Of a DNA stretch of 64,000 nucleotides, positions 61,823 through 64,000 are shown piece by piece; the first letter of the stretch is position 1, and the number at the start of each line of letters is the position of its first letter. Location of the stretch: the NCBI RefSeq assembly GCF_001194135.2, contig NC_068982.1, positions 188,547,732 to 188,611,731 of the forward strand, given 5' to 3'. The notes below the pieces were generated by a model. The model did not search any database. It was not told the DNA's origin and saw nothing but the letters and a program-made list of their open reading frames with translations. The DNA is from Octopus bimaculoides. Lineage: Eukaryota. Made by a program: the position numbers and the translations under genes.

Positions 61823-62469
61823 GTAGTAAAGATTGTTTGCCAACATAACATGGTAGTCCTGGTTTAGGACGAATGTTGCTGTAATTTAGCCCCAGGAGAC
61901 ATCATCTCCAGCTGGCTATACAACACGATCTGTGTCCTTATATTTTCGAACAAAGATCGTGTTGTATAGCCAGCTGGAGACAATGTCTCCTGGGGTTAAA
62001 TTACAGCAACATTCATCCTAAACCAGGACTGCCATGTTATGTTGGCAAATAATCTCTACTCCAAAGTACTGTTGCTGAATATCTCACGTTGTGGGATTTA
62101 AAAATAGTAATTTTCTAATTTATAGATTAGTGACTAGTTGTCACTTTGAAAATTATATATTTTGAACAAGAATTTGTCAGCACCACCTCTAGGCGAACAA
62201 TTATTCTGTGTTGATGAAGGGAAATAACCCGGAAATCGAGATGCACAGATATTGTTTTTGAGCTGAGTGGGGTTACTAGATGCCCTTGTTCAAAAATATA
62301 AGGACACAGATCATGTCATATAGCCAGCTGGGGACGATGTCTCCTGGGGCTAAATTACAGCAACATTCGTCCTAAACTAGGACTGCCATGTTATGTTGGC
62401 AAATAATCTTTATTCCACAGTACTGTTGCTGAATATCTCTCATTGTGAGATTTGCAAATAGTAGTTTTC
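61823..62469. mobile_element. Family D element: inverted arm + 1.45 tandem monomers (period 354 bp)
   Basis: 12-bp TSD AGATTTACTTTT at 61811-61822 and 62470-62481; direct repeat starts at 61955 and 62309 with the hammerhead between them. Confidence 0.92.
62206..62248 (+). ncRNA. Family D hammerhead, degenerate copy
   Basis: CTGTG-TTGATGA-A-GGG(AAATAA)CCC-G-GAAA-TC(GA)GA-TG-CACAG; stems are intact but C3>U and position 17 = G. Confidence 0.6.
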
Positions 62470-62560
62470 AGATTTACTTTTATTTGTTCAGAATGGAGAG
62501 CTTTAGGGTTTTATAATATTTTAAACATTCAGTTAACAACAAAAGTTATCTTTTACAGAA

Positions 62561-62594
<34 letters not shown>

Positions 62595-64000
62595 GGAATT
62601 TTACAGGTTATTCGTGTGAAGTATTTTGTAGGGGAAAAACTGAATGACAATGAGGAATGAGTGATTAAAACAGACAAGCAGGTATCATCATTGCTTTAAT
62701 GTCCACTTTTCCTTGCTAGCATGGGTTGGATGGTTTGACAGGAGCTGCTTTGGCATAGTTTCTAGAGCTGGATGCCATTCCTAACACCAACCGCTTTACA
62801 CAGTGTACAGGGTAGGGGGGGGCTCTGAAAGGGGTCTCAGGGAGTAGCATCCCTGCCCTCCTGAGCTAGATTCCCACCACATTTCTTAAAAATCGTGGCA
62901 AAGGCCTTGGTCTCAGGACCACCCATGTCTAGAAACTGAGACTGGGGGTAAGCAAGGGCATGCTCCCTGTAGAAAATCCAGCTCCAAAAATGCCTCATGA
63001 TAGCAAAGGAGAGTGGGCACCAGCCAACTCAAAGGTTGGGGTGGGCTGCACCTGCCAACCTTGGTTGCTATGGCGTTGAGGTAGATCCAGCCATCCCCAC
63101 CCCCGTTAACAGGGACAAAACCTGGATTTAAAACACTTGATGATGACGACAGGATGTTTATATATGTTATACTTCAGGTTGGTCATTCCTTTCTTTTTTT
63201 TTTCTTGTCAAATAAACACACGCATAACATATTCGTTCTTTACTTCAGATTTATTACTATTCCATGTCCTTTGTCTGGAAATCTTTCATCACACATCCTG
63301 TGACCTCTTCAGCAGCTCTCCATCCCATGTATCTCCCCTTGTTCTGTTTAGTTCATTCTATCTATCATGCAGTTCAAGATGCAATTTATTGATGAACCAC
63401 AATCTGTTTCAAGTAATGAAATGGTTTGTGCTGTACATTAAGTTCACACCTGCCATCAAACTGACATCGCTTCCATGGGTCAAAGTGATCACAGAGCAAC
63501 AGAACACAACACACCACTCAGTACAGGAATTGAAACCTCAATGTCATGATTACGAATGCAACAGCCCAGTGTATGTGTGTGTGTACACACACAGACACAA
63601 TGGGCTTCTTTCAGTTTCCATCCACCAAATCCACTCAAGACTTTGGGTGGCCCTGGCCTTTTACTAGGCAGTGGAATTGAACTTGAGACCATTGGGAAGT
63701 AAACACAGTCATTCATTGCCTGCAGACATGGCTGTGTGGTTGATTAACAGAACAACACTGAGGAAACCTTTGTACATTGATTCAGCCTGCTAGAAAAAAA
63801 TACCAAACCTGCCTCTCGTCTTACCCTACTGATTTAAAACAGCAAAAACAAAAAATTAAAAAACAGGAAAATGTAGTCTTAGAGACATTACAAGACTATA
63901 TGATTGAAGCAAGGGAGTCGTAAGCAGGTTGGTATCAAAAGAGTTAAGATCTTAAGGGTAATCTTTCTATCCAACTTAATGCAGATGTTTTAATCAATTT

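Noticed and set aside
63137-63667. 176-codon ORF on plus
   Set aside because: F/S/L-rich composition typical of AT-rich non-coding DNA, and it runs into a family B SINE.

Overview
AT-rich, repeat-dense animal genomic DNA with scaffold gaps. The repeat families look coleoid cephalopod, probably Octopus (inference from repeat content, not a database hit). Two convergent genes are present. (1) The last two coding exons of a calcipressin/RCAN gene on + (1628-1793, 6090-6226). (2) Thirteen coding exons of a TBC1D15/17 Rab-GAP gene on - (56359 down to stop at 21407). All visible splice junctions are GT-AG and phase-consistent; one acceptor is lost in a gap and the first exon(s) were not found in the window. 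The rest is RTE LINE 3' ends, an R4/Dong-like fragment, two tRNA-derived SINE families, piggyBac/hAT/Tc1-type MITEs and microsatellites. The main unexpected signal is a set of small non-coding retroelements carrying type I hammerhead ribozyme motifs. Family C has a tRNA-like Pol III head plus a minimal hammerhead. Family D is a ~354-nt monomer with a hammerhead. A D-related copy at 24841-24881 has a near-canonical GUC hammerhead whose stems covary with family D. Most C and D insertions show a Penelope-like layout (inverted 3' arm plus forward copy) and 10-19 bp target-site duplications. Every hammerhead copy in the sense orientation of a host pre-mRNA is damaged, while all intact copies are antisense. 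Ribozyme activity and novelty relative to Dfam/Repbase/Rfam are untested.
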